Source of the DNA: a virus
Reading direction: 5' to 3' (one strand)
Virus record (IMG/VR): IMGVR_UViG_3300009788_000106
Location: 1-64,000 of that record
DNA: 64,000 nucleotides
The position numbers were made by a program, and so were the translations under genes. The notes below the pieces were generated by a model. The model was not told the origin of the DNA. It searched no databases and was given only the letters and a program-made list of their open reading frames with translations. Below are positions 52,457 through 60,469 of the stretch, in pieces. Within the stretch, counting starts at the first letter, position 1. The number at the start of each line of letters is the position of its first letter.

Positions 52457-52892
52457 GCGAATCGTAATTGTAGGAAGCCGACACCGGGGCTGGAAGGACA
52501 ACGTCTCGGTGCGGTACCAGACAGGGTCTGAGGAAGACCGCAAGTTCGTCACGGAACTACTAAAGGACCGGCGCCTTGCGTGCCCCGATGGGATTCTAAT
52601 TCTGTCCATTGGTTGCGACGCCGGTTTCGGACACATGGTCCGTGCCATCGCACAGGAGCTTGGCATCCCCTTCGTTGAGTACTTCGCCAAGTTCTCCGGC
52701 ACGATCGACAAACTGCAGTACGAATACATCCACCTTGGCCGACATGCGGCCCTTGCCGACACCGGGCAAGAGTTCCATGTGTTCATTACACAGTCCCGAT
52801 TCAGCAACATCGAGGACCTTGTCGTGCGGTTACAGACCAGTGGGGCTGATGTTAAGGTTTACAACGAGGCGTGTCAGGAGATCGATGCCTGA
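52446..52892 (+). CDS. DUF2493/SLOG-like Rossmann-fold protein
   Basis: RIVIVGSRHRGW...GCDAGFGHMVRAIAQELGIP pattern resembles phage DUF2493 proteins; tentative. Confidence 0.35.
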   Translation: MAAKRIVIVGSRHRGWKDNVSVRYQTGSEEDRKFVTELLKDRRLACPDGILILSIGCDAGFGHMVRAIAQELGIPFVEYFAKFSGTIDKLQYEYIHLGRHAALADTGQEFHVFITQSRFSNIEDLVVRLQTSGADVKVYNEACQEIDA

Positions 52893-53151
52893 GACTGAAC
52901 AGGAAGAGATAGCCCGCCTCCGCAAGCGAACCAGCAGCCCAAGCCAGATCGAGGCGCGCAGGCGTGGTGGCCTAGCCCTCGACAAAATCCATGGCAAGGC
53001 TCATAGACGGAAGTTCACCCGGCGCGGTGGACAGACAGTGGTGCTAAAATATGGGAATGAGTACATGCGGCAACTCGGGCGTAAAGGCGGCTTGGCCACA
53101 CAGGCGAAGCTCAGGAAAGAGGCAGCCAGTGGCAAAGAATCCGAAGGGTAG
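52885..53151 (+). CDS. KGG-repeat (stress-protein-like) small basic protein
   Basis: RRRGGLA...RRGGQTV...RKGGLATQAKLRKEAASGKESEG repeats of the KGG motif type. Confidence 0.45.
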   Translation: MPETEQEEIARLRKRTSSPSQIEARRRGGLALDKIHGKAHRRKFTRRGGQTVVLKYGNEYMRQLGRKGGLATQAKLRKEAASGKESEG

Positions 53152-53686
53152 CACATTCGAGAACCAGACAGCCAAAGACGTGATTGCGGCCTTGGCACCC
53201 CAGAACGCCCAGCGGGACGAGATCTTTCGTACACCGCTTTCGGGCGGTCACCCATATGCCCCGTCGGGCGACCTCATTGTTGCCGACCGCCTCCGCCCGT
53301 GGTTCCCCTTCACAGTGGAGTGCAAGAACTGGAAGTCGTGGAAGGCCGGTAGCTTCTGGAATCCGCGGAAGCAGGACATCAGTTGGTTGAACCAGACCAT
53401 GCGCGAGTGCGAGGATGGCCCGGATGGTAACCGGCCCCTACTGGTATGCAAGGGCAACTTGACGGGGTCGTTCGCAATCATCCCCAAGCGAGCATTTGAC
53501 TCGCTCCAGTGGGCAACGCCATTCGTGCCACGGTTTTTGTTCAAGGTAGGCGGCAGAGTCTGGGTCCAGATCGCATGGGAGGACTTCCTCATCGCCCTTG
53601 GTCAACGCGCCACGGCCAACAAGCCATTCTCGCTGGACTGCTACAAGTTTGAGCGCAAGCCACGCAAACGCCGCCTCCGCTTCTAA
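53129..53686 (+). CDS. Hjc-like PD-(D/E)xK nuclease (putative Holliday junction resolvase)
   Basis: KGSTFENQTAKDVIAAL...SGDLIVAD...FTVECKNWK matches the Hjc pattern. GTG start is inferred. Confidence 0.4.
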   Translation: MAKNPKGSTFENQTAKDVIAALAPQNAQRDEIFRTPLSGGHPYAPSGDLIVADRLRPWFPFTVECKNWKSWKAGSFWNPRKQDISWLNQTMRECEDGPDGNRPLLVCKGNLTGSFAIIPKRAFDSLQWATPFVPRFLFKVGGRVWVQIAWEDFLIALGQRATANKPFSLDCYKFERKPRKRRLRF

Positions 53687-53703
53687 GTTTTGCCCCGTAC
53701 CAT
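53686..53703 (+). promoter_or_regulatory. class II motif AGTTTTGCCCCGTACCAT, 5 nt upstream of the queD ATG
   Basis: Sequence read directly. Confidence 0.35.
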
Positions 53704-53708
53704 AGGGC

Positions 53709-54317
53709 ATGAGAATTACGAAAGACTTCAAATTTGAGGCGTCGCATGTTGTTCCGGGGCATCCTGGCAAGTGCCAGAGATTGCACGGCCATTCGTACGT
53801 CCTGCACATCACAGTCCATGGCACTGTACACCCGGCCACCGGGTTCATCGTGGACTTTGGGGACATCAAAGCCATGGTCCAGCCACTGATCGATACCCTC
53901 GACCACCGGCACCTAAACTTCTTCATTGCGAATCCCACCGCCGAGAACATTGCGGCATGGTTCGGCCAGCGCCTATCCCGTATCGTGGATCGCTACGCCA
54001 TCACCGGGCTGGAAGTCACAGTGCTTGAGACGGCCACGTCCAGCGCCACATGGGACTCCCGGCTGGAAGTCGATGCCAAGCACGGGCAGAACCCTTCAAT
54101 CTACGGCACGGGCATTCCAGTGGCCCATGATGGCCTGTCGCCCCAAGCCCAAATCGGCCCGGTCATCATCCCAGCGGCAGAGTACGAATCCTACATGACC
54201 ACCTTCCGGCTAGCCCGCCGAGCCTGCGCCCGGAGGATCAACCTAATCCGCGAGCACGGGCGGGAGTTGCTGCCGGCAAAGTACATGAACCAACTCGGTA
54301 CAGTGAAGGAGCAATAG
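53709..54317 (+). CDS. queD: 6-carboxy-5,6,7,8-tetrahydropterin synthase
   Basis: CQRLHGHSY (Cx3HGH) plus catalytic His/Glu pattern typical of the QueD/PTPS fold. Confidence 0.8.
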   Translation: MRITKDFKFEASHVVPGHPGKCQRLHGHSYVLHITVHGTVHPATGFIVDFGDIKAMVQPLIDTLDHRHLNFFIANPTAENIAAWFGQRLSRIVDRYAITGLEVTVLETATSSATWDSRLEVDAKHGQNPSIYGTGIPVAHDGLSPQAQIGPVIIPAAEYESYMTTFRLARRACARRINLIREHGRELLPAKYMNQLGTVKEQ

Positions 54318-55082
54318 GTGAAATTTCCCATCGCAGAACAGTTCATCTCACTACAAGGCGAAGGCCGGTATACCGGTACACTCATGCAGTTCATCCGCCT
54401 GGCTGGCTGCAACGTCGGCCGACGCACCGGAGTTCGGAGTCCGGCTCTGGCACAGTCATTGGCCCTGCCGGTCTTTCAGCACCATAAGGTGTGCGAGTCC
54501 GCCATCGGGCAAGAGTTCATGTGCGACACGGACTACGGTGCCAAGTTTGACTTGACAGCCCTACAAATGGCAGACCTGATCCGCAAGTCCGGTACCAAGC
54601 ACGTCTGCCTAACAGGCGGTGAACCTCTGCTACACGATGTCCTCATGGTCTCGGCGCTGTGCCAGGAGTTACAGGTCCAGCTTCACATTGAGACGTCTGG
54701 GACCAAGGTAATCCCCGACGAGCTCAGTGCTGACCACGTCGCCTGCTCGCCGAAGGCCGGGTTCCTATTTGAGAATTGGGGGCACGTGGATGAGTACAAG
54801 TTCGTCATCGGCCCCGATGCCGGGACCCCGAGTGACATTGTAGGTAAGCTAACTGGGTTCTTCGCTTTGGGTATTGCCGCCCGGCAGCAGGACGACCCAG
54901 ATCAAGACCAGTTTGCGCCGACTGAGACCCCGGCGAACCCGTTTGCCGATGTGTACGTCCAGCCAGTGAACGGGGTGCGCACAGTGGACGCCTCAAGCAT
55001 GGCAACCTGCCTGGCCGTGGTCCGGCTGCGGCCTCATTGGGCTGTGTCCTTCCAGACTCACAAACTACTTAATCTGCCCTAA
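54318..55082 (+). CDS. queE: 7-carboxy-7-deazaguanine synthase with atypical Cys spacing (C-x27-C-x9-C)
   Basis: N-terminal ISLQGEGRYTGTLMQFIRLAGCN and CDTDYG are QueE hallmarks. A 27-residue insert sits between the first and second cluster cysteines. Confidence 0.65.
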   Translation: MKFPIAEQFISLQGEGRYTGTLMQFIRLAGCNVGRRTGVRSPALAQSLALPVFQHHKVCESAIGQEFMCDTDYGAKFDLTALQMADLIRKSGTKHVCLTGGEPLLHDVLMVSALCQELQVQLHIETSGTKVIPDELSADHVACSPKAGFLFENWGHVDEYKFVIGPDAGTPSDIVGKLTGFFALGIAARQQDDPDQDQFAPTETPANPFADVYVQPVNGVRTVDASSMATCLAVVRLRPHWAVSFQTHKLLNLP

Positions 55083-55096
55083 TCGCAAATGAGTGC

Positions 55097-55125
55097 TTGA
55101 CGTCTCGGCAAAACCGTGTCACTAT
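55097..55125 (+). promoter_or_regulatory. class I promoter TTGACG-N17(TCTCGGCAAAACCGTGT)-CACTAT
   Basis: Sequence read directly, upstream of the vWA gene. Confidence 0.45.
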
Positions 55126-55181
55126 TGGATTGTCACCCGGCAAAACACGGGCAGGCAAAAGGAAAAAGGAAAACACAAACC

Positions 55182-56222
55182 ATGGCACAAGACATTTTTG
55201 ATCTGGACACCTTCGACGCGACTCAGGGCGTCAACAACGACACCGACACCGAGCTGGCCACCACGGTCGGCAGCACCATGGCGGACCTGCATGACAAGAC
55301 CAAGAAGCTGCTGTTTGCCATCGATTGCTCTGGCAGCATGTACGGTGAGATGTACTCTAACGCGCAGCTCCTGGCATCCAACTGGGCGCCGGGTGAGTCG
55401 CTGATCGACGAGAAGATTGCCAGGGCAAACGCCTACATTCAGGCTGCCAGCCAGGGCCACATTGCGCCCGAACCGGCCCCGCGGTATGACGCATGGGACA
55501 ACCTGATCCCGGCACCGAAACCCGAGTTCGATGACGAGTCGGCCTTGTACTGGGCGGGCCTGAAACCGCTGGACTTTGATGCCAGGGTCAACCGCATCAT
55601 CGCCGAGGCCGCATACATGGACGTGGACGGGCTGATCCAGACAAACCAGTGGACCACGACGGGCGTCGTCCGGATTCAGGGTGAAGGCAAATGCAAGATG
55701 GACATTGTGAAGGGGGAAGTGCTCGGGCAGATCGAGGCCCGGTTCTCCAAGCACGCGGACGCTGATGTCGCCGCGGTGGCCTTTGATAACCGTTCCAAGG
55801 ACCTTTACGCCTACTCGCTCAAGTCGCTTCAGCACCGGGTGCCGAACATGGACGCGGGCATGGGCGGAGGCACCAACATTGCCGGTGCCATCTTCACCTG
55901 CCTCCGCATGATCAAGAAGTCCCCTTCGGCCACCAACAACCACCACATCGTCATCGTGTCGGATGGTATGGACAACTCTGTTTCCCACAGCGCCGCCCAG
56001 ATCAAAAAAGAGTTCGAGGACAAGGGCGTCACGATGGACTTCATCCACATCACCGGCCTCGACCAGGACACATACGGGCAGCGGGAAGTGGTCGAACTGA
56101 AGCAGCTCTCCGGTCTCACGGGCGGCGAGTATGTCCGGGTCCGCACCACCGACCAGTTCAAGTCCAAGTTCATCGCCGCGGCAACCCGGCTGGCCCTGCC
56201 GGCTCCCGCATCCGACCAGTAG
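55182..56222 (+). CDS. von Willebrand factor A domain protein
   Basis: MIDAS LLFAIDCSGSM and IVIVSDGMDN. Confidence 0.6.
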   Translation: MAQDIFDLDTFDATQGVNNDTDTELATTVGSTMADLHDKTKKLLFAIDCSGSMYGEMYSNAQLLASNWAPGESLIDEKIARANAYIQAASQGHIAPEPAPRYDAWDNLIPAPKPEFDDESALYWAGLKPLDFDARVNRIIAEAAYMDVDGLIQTNQWTTTGVVRIQGEGKCKMDIVKGEVLGQIEARFSKHADADVAAVAFDNRSKDLYAYSLKSLQHRVPNMDAGMGGGTNIAGAIFTCLRMIKKSPSATNNHHIVIVSDGMDNSVSHSAAQIKKEFEDKGVTMDFIHITGLDQDTYGQREVVELKQLSGLTGGEYVRVRTTDQFKSKFIAAATRLALPAPASDQ

Positions 56223-56235
56223 AAACAACCTGCAG

Positions 56236-56261
56236 GGAGGGGCAAACCACAGCCCCTCCCA
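56236..56261 (+). terminator. hairpin GGGAGGGGcaaaccacaGCCCCTCCC
   Basis: Perfect 8-bp stem directly after the vWA stop; one of a family of GGGAGG...CCTCCC hairpins. No U-tract. Confidence 0.35.
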
Positions 56262-56280
56262 AGCTCAGGCAAAATAGTAG

Positions 56281-56309
56281 TTGACATTTGCCGGTTTGCC
56301 TGGCACTAT
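56281..56309 (+). promoter_or_regulatory. class I promoter TTGACA-N17(TTTGCCGGTTTGCCTGG)-CACTAT
   Basis: Identical over about 45 nt to the copy at 60233. Confidence 0.5.
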
Positions 56310-56325
56310 TGGTTAGAGGTTAAAA

Positions 56326-57399
56326 ATGAAAAAGTCGCAAATCAGAAAGCTCATCCCGAAGGTACCGGACCTAAGACGGGCGCACAAGGCACTCATCACC
56401 GCCGACGTGACCGACAGGGTCATCGCCCTCCGCACGGTCATGGATTGGTTTGATGTGTATACCACCTTGGTTCGATCTCAGGTCATCGCCGCAGGCGGGC
56501 AACGCAAACTGGACCTGGCAGCTAAGATCAAACCTCTGGCAGCGCGGCACGACACTCCGGCATTCGAGGCCGAGACCGCACTGATTCAGGCTATCCGCAT
56601 GTTGGAGTCGGCGCTGGCACCAGCGGTCCCTACCCTCAAGCTACCTCGGATCAATGACGCATGGGCCGAGTACGAATCAAAGAAGATTGCGCTGGAGCAC
56701 AAGGCAGCGAAGGCCATAGTAAAGTTTGCTGCTCTCAAGGCCGGGCTGGACCAGTTCTTCAAACCCTTGGGACTAACCTTTAAGTTTAGCAAGGACCTTC
56801 CCAAGCCCCGGCAGTTCGACGCCACTGGCCGCGTCCTGTACTCCTTCGACTACGCTGGCACCTTGGTGCAAGAGCTCAAGGCCAATGGCTTGGACTCGGT
56901 CCTCATGGGCCAAGCCCCGGCAATCCTCAAGGCGGCTTCGCTTTCAGTCAGCAACGGCAAGCTCTTAATCTCAATGGCCAAGCTCATGGACTTGTTACCG
57001 GGCCTGCTGGTTTCCATCTACGGGCTGGGGGCAAGTAGCAAGAGCACGTCAACGCCCGCTACGGCGCCTCCGGCAACGCCTAAGGCCACACCGACACCGA
57101 ACCCGACCCCAACGACGCCGAAGCCCCCGAAGGCCACACCAGCCCCGCCGATAGGTGGACTGAGTCCTGAGGCTGCCAAGTACTTCCGGGCTGGCACGCA
57201 ACAGCTTTTGTTCGACCGCCTCATCAAGGTAGCAGGCGGGCGCATTTCCATGGCCGACTTGTACGACGGCCTGAGCGCGGGCGACCCCCGCCGCATGATC
57301 CTCAGCATCCACCAGAAGGGCGTGAAGCTCGGACTGTGGGAGGCAAACCGCTACGGCAAAATGGTACACTTTGATTGGACAGGAGGACCGCACGTATGA
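56326..57399 (+). CDS. hypothetical protein with a Pro/Thr-rich linker
   Basis: ORF with RBS GAGGT; a TPATAPPATPKATPTPNPTPTTPKPPKATPAPP linker separates two domains. Confidence 0.45.
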   Translation: MKKSQIRKLIPKVPDLRRAHKALITADVTDRVIALRTVMDWFDVYTTLVRSQVIAAGGQRKLDLAAKIKPLAARHDTPAFEAETALIQAIRMLESALAPAVPTLKLPRINDAWAEYESKKIALEHKAAKAIVKFAALKAGLDQFFKPLGLTFKFSKDLPKPRQFDATGRVLYSFDYAGTLVQELKANGLDSVLMGQAPAILKAASLSVSNGKLLISMAKLMDLLPGLLVSIYGLGASSKSTSTPATAPPATPKATPTPNPTPTTPKPPKATPAPPIGGLSPEAAKYFRAGTQQLLFDRLIKVAGGRISMADLYDGLSAGDPRRMILSIHQKGVKLGLWEANRYGKMVHFDWTGGPHV

Positions 57400-58301
57400 A
57401 AATGTCCGCTGCCGAAATTGCCAAGCTACCCAAAGGTGTCTTGGCAACCGAGAGGTGTGACAGTCAAAGATGCGGCAAGCCGCTGATTGGCCTGCTCATC
57501 TGGCGTTCAAAGGACAGGGCTCACGCCTACTGTTCAAACGCCTGTTTTGAAGAATCCGAACCAGCAAGATCGAGCGGTGGCGAACCCACCAAAAAAGGAG
57601 ACAAAACCATGATTAGCAAAGGCAAGAAACGCAACAAGAAGGCCGCCGCCGCACCCGAGGTGGATGAGGAAGAGGACATGATGGAAGAGGAGGAAATGGA
57701 GGACGAGGACGAGACCCCAGCACCGAAGCAGAAGGCCAAAAAGAAACGCAAGTCGAAGCCGGCCCCGGTCGAGGAGGACGAGGACGAGGACCCGGAGGAC
57801 GAGGAGGACGAGGACGAGGACGAGGAGGACGACCCGGAGGACGACCCGGAGGACGACCCGGAGGACGACCCGGAGGACGACCCGGAGGACGACCCGGAGG
57901 ACGGCGACGACTCCGATGAGGAGGACCCGGAGGATGAGGAGGACCCGGAGGAAGAGACCGTGCCGGTCAAGGTCAAGAAGCCACGGGGCAACCGGGTCAA
58001 ACCTGGCAACCCGACCAAGAAGGTCACCGCCAAGGAACGCAAGGCGAACCTCAAGGCCATGAAGGGCAAGACCAGTCCGTTCCGCGCCGGGACTCGGTGT
58101 GACATGCTGTTTCGGAAGCTGGCCTCGGGCAAACGGTTCAAAAGCATGGATACCCTTGTCAAGGGGATCGACCCGCCGCCCGGAGATCCGCAGCGTATGG
58201 TCAGTATGATCCGCGCCAAGGGTCTTGAGAATGGCCTGTACACCATCGTGAACGACGCTGGTTCCTGGCAGATGACCGAGAACCACTTGGCAACTGACTA
58301 G
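57396..58301 (+). CDS. Cys-cluster protein with a highly acidic repeat core (6x DDPE) and a basic C-terminal domain
   Basis: N-terminus CDSQRCGKP...HAYCSNAC; a KKRKSKPAPVEEDEDED module as in the 46047 product; 12-nt repeat gacgacccggag x6 at about 57829-57900. Confidence 0.45.
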   Translation: MKMSAAEIAKLPKGVLATERCDSQRCGKPLIGLLIWRSKDRAHAYCSNACFEESEPARSSGGEPTKKGDKTMISKGKKRNKKAAAAPEVDEEEDMMEEEEMEDEDETPAPKQKAKKKRKSKPAPVEEDEDEDPEDEEDEDEDEEDDPEDDPEDDPEDDPEDDPEDDPEDGDDSDEEDPEDEEDPEEETVPVKVKKPRGNRVKPGNPTKKVTAKERKANLKAMKGKTSPFRAGTRCDMLFRKLASGKRFKSMDTLVKGIDPPPGDPQRMVSMIRAKGLENGLYTIVNDAGSWQMTENHLATD

Positions 58302-58315
58302 CCAGCCACGCAAGG

Positions 58316-58338
58316 GAGGGTCACCATGGCCCTCCCTG
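58316..58338 (+). terminator. hairpin GGGAGGGtcaccatggCCCTCCC
   Basis: Perfect 7-bp stem 14 nt after the stop; same family as 56236 and 60268. Confidence 0.35.
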
Positions 58339-58454
58339 AGGAGTACTCATGGACACTTATGACAAGCTGCTAATTCGGAACTGGCGTTTACGTTGCGCCC
58401 TACTGATCGGCATTTGCTTGCGCTTGGTGAGCATGGTACTGGAAGGGATCGCAA

Positions 58455-58922
58455 ATGCTTCCTAGAGGCAAACCGGACTTCAAACACCCGCAGCGGATCA
58501 AGTTGCCGCCCCGGCAAGGATGGGTCCAGACTGGTCTACTCATTTTCCTGAGCGGCAACCAGCTTGTCTCAATCGCAGATGAGGTCCTCGAACGTTGCCT
58601 CGGCGAACCACTGGACGGGCGTAAAGTTTGCCTCAAGATCCACTGGAAGCCGCGGCGGATCGCTCTGGTCCTGTGGCCATGGTTCAAGGAGCTTACGGAC
58701 CCTTCTGAGCCAGACACGTTCCACTTATGGCGTCGGTCGCACAGGATGACAAAGCACAGCATGTACTTCAAGGCTCCACACTTGCGGGAGCTACTTGGGA
58801 TTGACAACACGAAGCCAGCAGTGGGCTATCCGCTGCACGCCCTGGCCGGGCGCATCCATGTGAACATCAGGACGCCCATTACGCCGGTGTACAAGAACGG
58901 GAAGGGGAGAATGCAACAATGA
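58455..58922 (+). CDS. hypothetical protein (155 aa)
   Basis: Plus-strand ORF preferred over the overlapping minus-strand ORF on composition grounds. Confidence 0.35.
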   Translation: MLPRGKPDFKHPQRIKLPPRQGWVQTGLLIFLSGNQLVSIADEVLERCLGEPLDGRKVCLKIHWKPRRIALVLWPWFKELTDPSEPDTFHLWRRSHRMTKHSMYFKAPHLRELLGIDNTKPAVGYPLHALAGRIHVNIRTPITPVYKNGKGRMQQ

Positions 58923-59566
58923 CGGAAGGGCAAGTGAGAGAATGGCTATCAAGCATGGTGGACTCCGGGCAATGGACCGGGCATACCGATTGGTGGCAAC
59001 ACGAGCGACTCAAGGTGAGTGTGCACGAAATAGATGGCAAGATCCTACTCATGCGCGGCGATGGCCTACATGTACCAGTGCCACGCAAGTACTCCATCAG
59101 CGGGATCGAAAAGGCCCTGAGGTACTGCCCGCTGTGCAAGGCACATGACGTGGACACATACCAGTTCGGGGAATCCAAGCGGCAGGCCTGTATCCCTTGC
59201 CGGTTTGATGGGATAGCCGAAATACTGGTCGGTGAAGAAGTCAAAGACCGAATCGGCACCCGCGTACAACTGAGGCACGCTGTTGGAGAATTCAAATTCA
59301 TAGGCAAGGGCAAGGTTTACCGGGTCATGGCCACGATGGCAGCTTATGGCAGATTCAATTTGGAGTGCGTAAGGACCGGTGCCAGGCTCACCGCGGATCT
59401 CCACGGCACCGACGGCTCCCGGTATGACTTCCACAAGACCCTCGACTCAGGCAGCCAGCCAGCCATGTACGAACCGCCTGTTCCCGATGTGGACTGGAAG
59501 GACAAGTGGCGGCAAGTCTGGAAAGAGAAACGGGTAATGCACGATGGGACGGAGCTATCATGCTAG
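58919..59566 (+). CDS. hypothetical protein with CxxC...CxxC zinc-ribbon-like motif
   Basis: YCPLCKAHD...ACIPCRFDG. Confidence 0.4.
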   Translation: MTEGQVREWLSSMVDSGQWTGHTDWWQHERLKVSVHEIDGKILLMRGDGLHVPVPRKYSISGIEKALRYCPLCKAHDVDTYQFGESKRQACIPCRFDGIAEILVGEEVKDRIGTRVQLRHAVGEFKFIGKGKVYRVMATMAAYGRFNLECVRTGARLTADLHGTDGSRYDFHKTLDSGSQPAMYEPPVPDVDWKDKWRQVWKEKRVMHDGTELSC

Positions 59567-59775
59567 GCGTGGTCACTGGTATCGCTGTGGTGCTGCTGGT
59601 GCTCTTGCTGATCGCCGCATGGGCACTGAAGCAACACTGGGCCTTCAAACGCCGTATGGACCTTGTACTGCATGTTATCAACGGGTACCCGCCTCTGCCG
59701 GACCCGCTGCCGGACGTGCCAAAGCGGACGAGGGACCAATGGTCAAAGCAAAGAAAGGAACAGCATGCCGATTAA
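59560..59775 (+). CDS. small membrane protein (one TM helix)
   Basis: MLGVVTGIAVVLLVLLLIAAWAL; ATG overlaps the upstream stop. Confidence 0.4.
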   Translation: MLGVVTGIAVVLLVLLLIAAWALKQHWAFKRRMDLVLHVINGYPPLPDPLPDVPKRTRDQWSKQRKEQHAD

Positions 59776-60229
59776 GCAACTACTCACGATTGAAGTTGAG
59801 ACCCCGGATGGCTACCCTCAGGAGTCTCTAACCGCAGACATTGAAGGCCACCTTAAACGCCAGGTCCAACAGCTATGCGAGTTCCAAGCAAGGCGTATCG
59901 GTATGTGTGGGGTCGTGGCCGACTCCGAGACCCCGCCGACATTCCGGCTGGTGGTCGAGGAGCAGTGTGCCTTGGTGCCAGTGACCCGCACGCAGGAACT
60001 CATAAGCCGCTGGGCCATTGACGAGCTGAAGGCAACCGGCACACCGGAGACCCTGCCACTGGTCGAGAATAGCCTACTCATGATGCCGCTTCGCTGGGTG
60101 TGCCAGGCCAAGCTATTCATCGCCCTGATCGAGACGTACCCGGTGCTGAAGAAGCAGCCGGACTGGGTGCGCACGGCAATGACCCTGGCGGGGAAGGTTC
60201 AAACACAGTTCGGTCTCACGGCAAAATAG
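59765..60229 (+). CDS. hypothetical protein (154 aa)
   Basis: ATG at 59765 within the ORF 59663..60229. Confidence 0.4.
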   Translation: MPIKQLLTIEVETPDGYPQESLTADIEGHLKRQVQQLCEFQARRIGMCGVVADSETPPTFRLVVEEQCALVPVTRTQELISRWAIDELKATGTPETLPLVENSLLMMPLRWVCQAKLFIALIETYPVLKKQPDWVRTAMTLAGKVQTQFGLTAK

Positions 60230-60232
60230 TAG

Positions 60233-60261
60233 TTGACATTTGCCGGTTTGCCTGGCACTAT
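60233..60261 (+). promoter_or_regulatory. class I promoter TTGACA-N17(TTTGCCGGTTTGCCTGG)-CACTAT, followed by hairpin GGGAGGcaaaaacaaCCTCCC (60268-60288)
   Basis: Sequence read directly; duplicate of the 56281 copy, including the upstream GGCAAAATAGTAG. Confidence 0.5.
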
Positions 60262-60315
60262 TGGTTTGGGAGGCAAAAACAACCTCCCAGCCGCAAGGCA
60301 AGAAAGGTTAATATC

Positions 60316-60468
60316 ATGAATCCGAAAGACAGACGGAACCAGAAGCGGGCGCGCGTTGCCAAGCACCTTCGGCGTAAGGCGGACAAGTTCCGCTACAAGG
60401 GCGCATCCGACCGGACCGTTGACCGGCTGAACCACGAGCGCCGGGCTACGCACACTCAGGAGGCCTAG
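60316..60468 (+). CDS. small basic protein (50 aa)
   Basis: MNPKDRRNQKRARVAKHLRRKADKFRYKG..., downstream of a class I promoter and hairpin. Confidence 0.3.
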   Translation: MNPKDRRNQKRARVAKHLRRKADKFRYKGASDRTVDRLNHERRATHTQEA

Positions 60469-60469
60469 C

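Noticed and set aside
56268-56310. Possible sigma-54 promoter (TGGCAC...) within the class I element TTTGCCTGGCACTATTGG
   Set aside because: The -12 element would have to be TTGG rather than TTGC and the spacing does not fit the GG-N10-GC rule. TTGACA-N17-CACTAT fits a sigma-70-type layout better.
57527-58313. Minus-strand ORFs 57527..58246 and 57534..58313
   Set aside because: They are antisense translations of the DDPE/EDE repeat tract of the 57396..58301 gene; low-complexity S/G/L-rich products.
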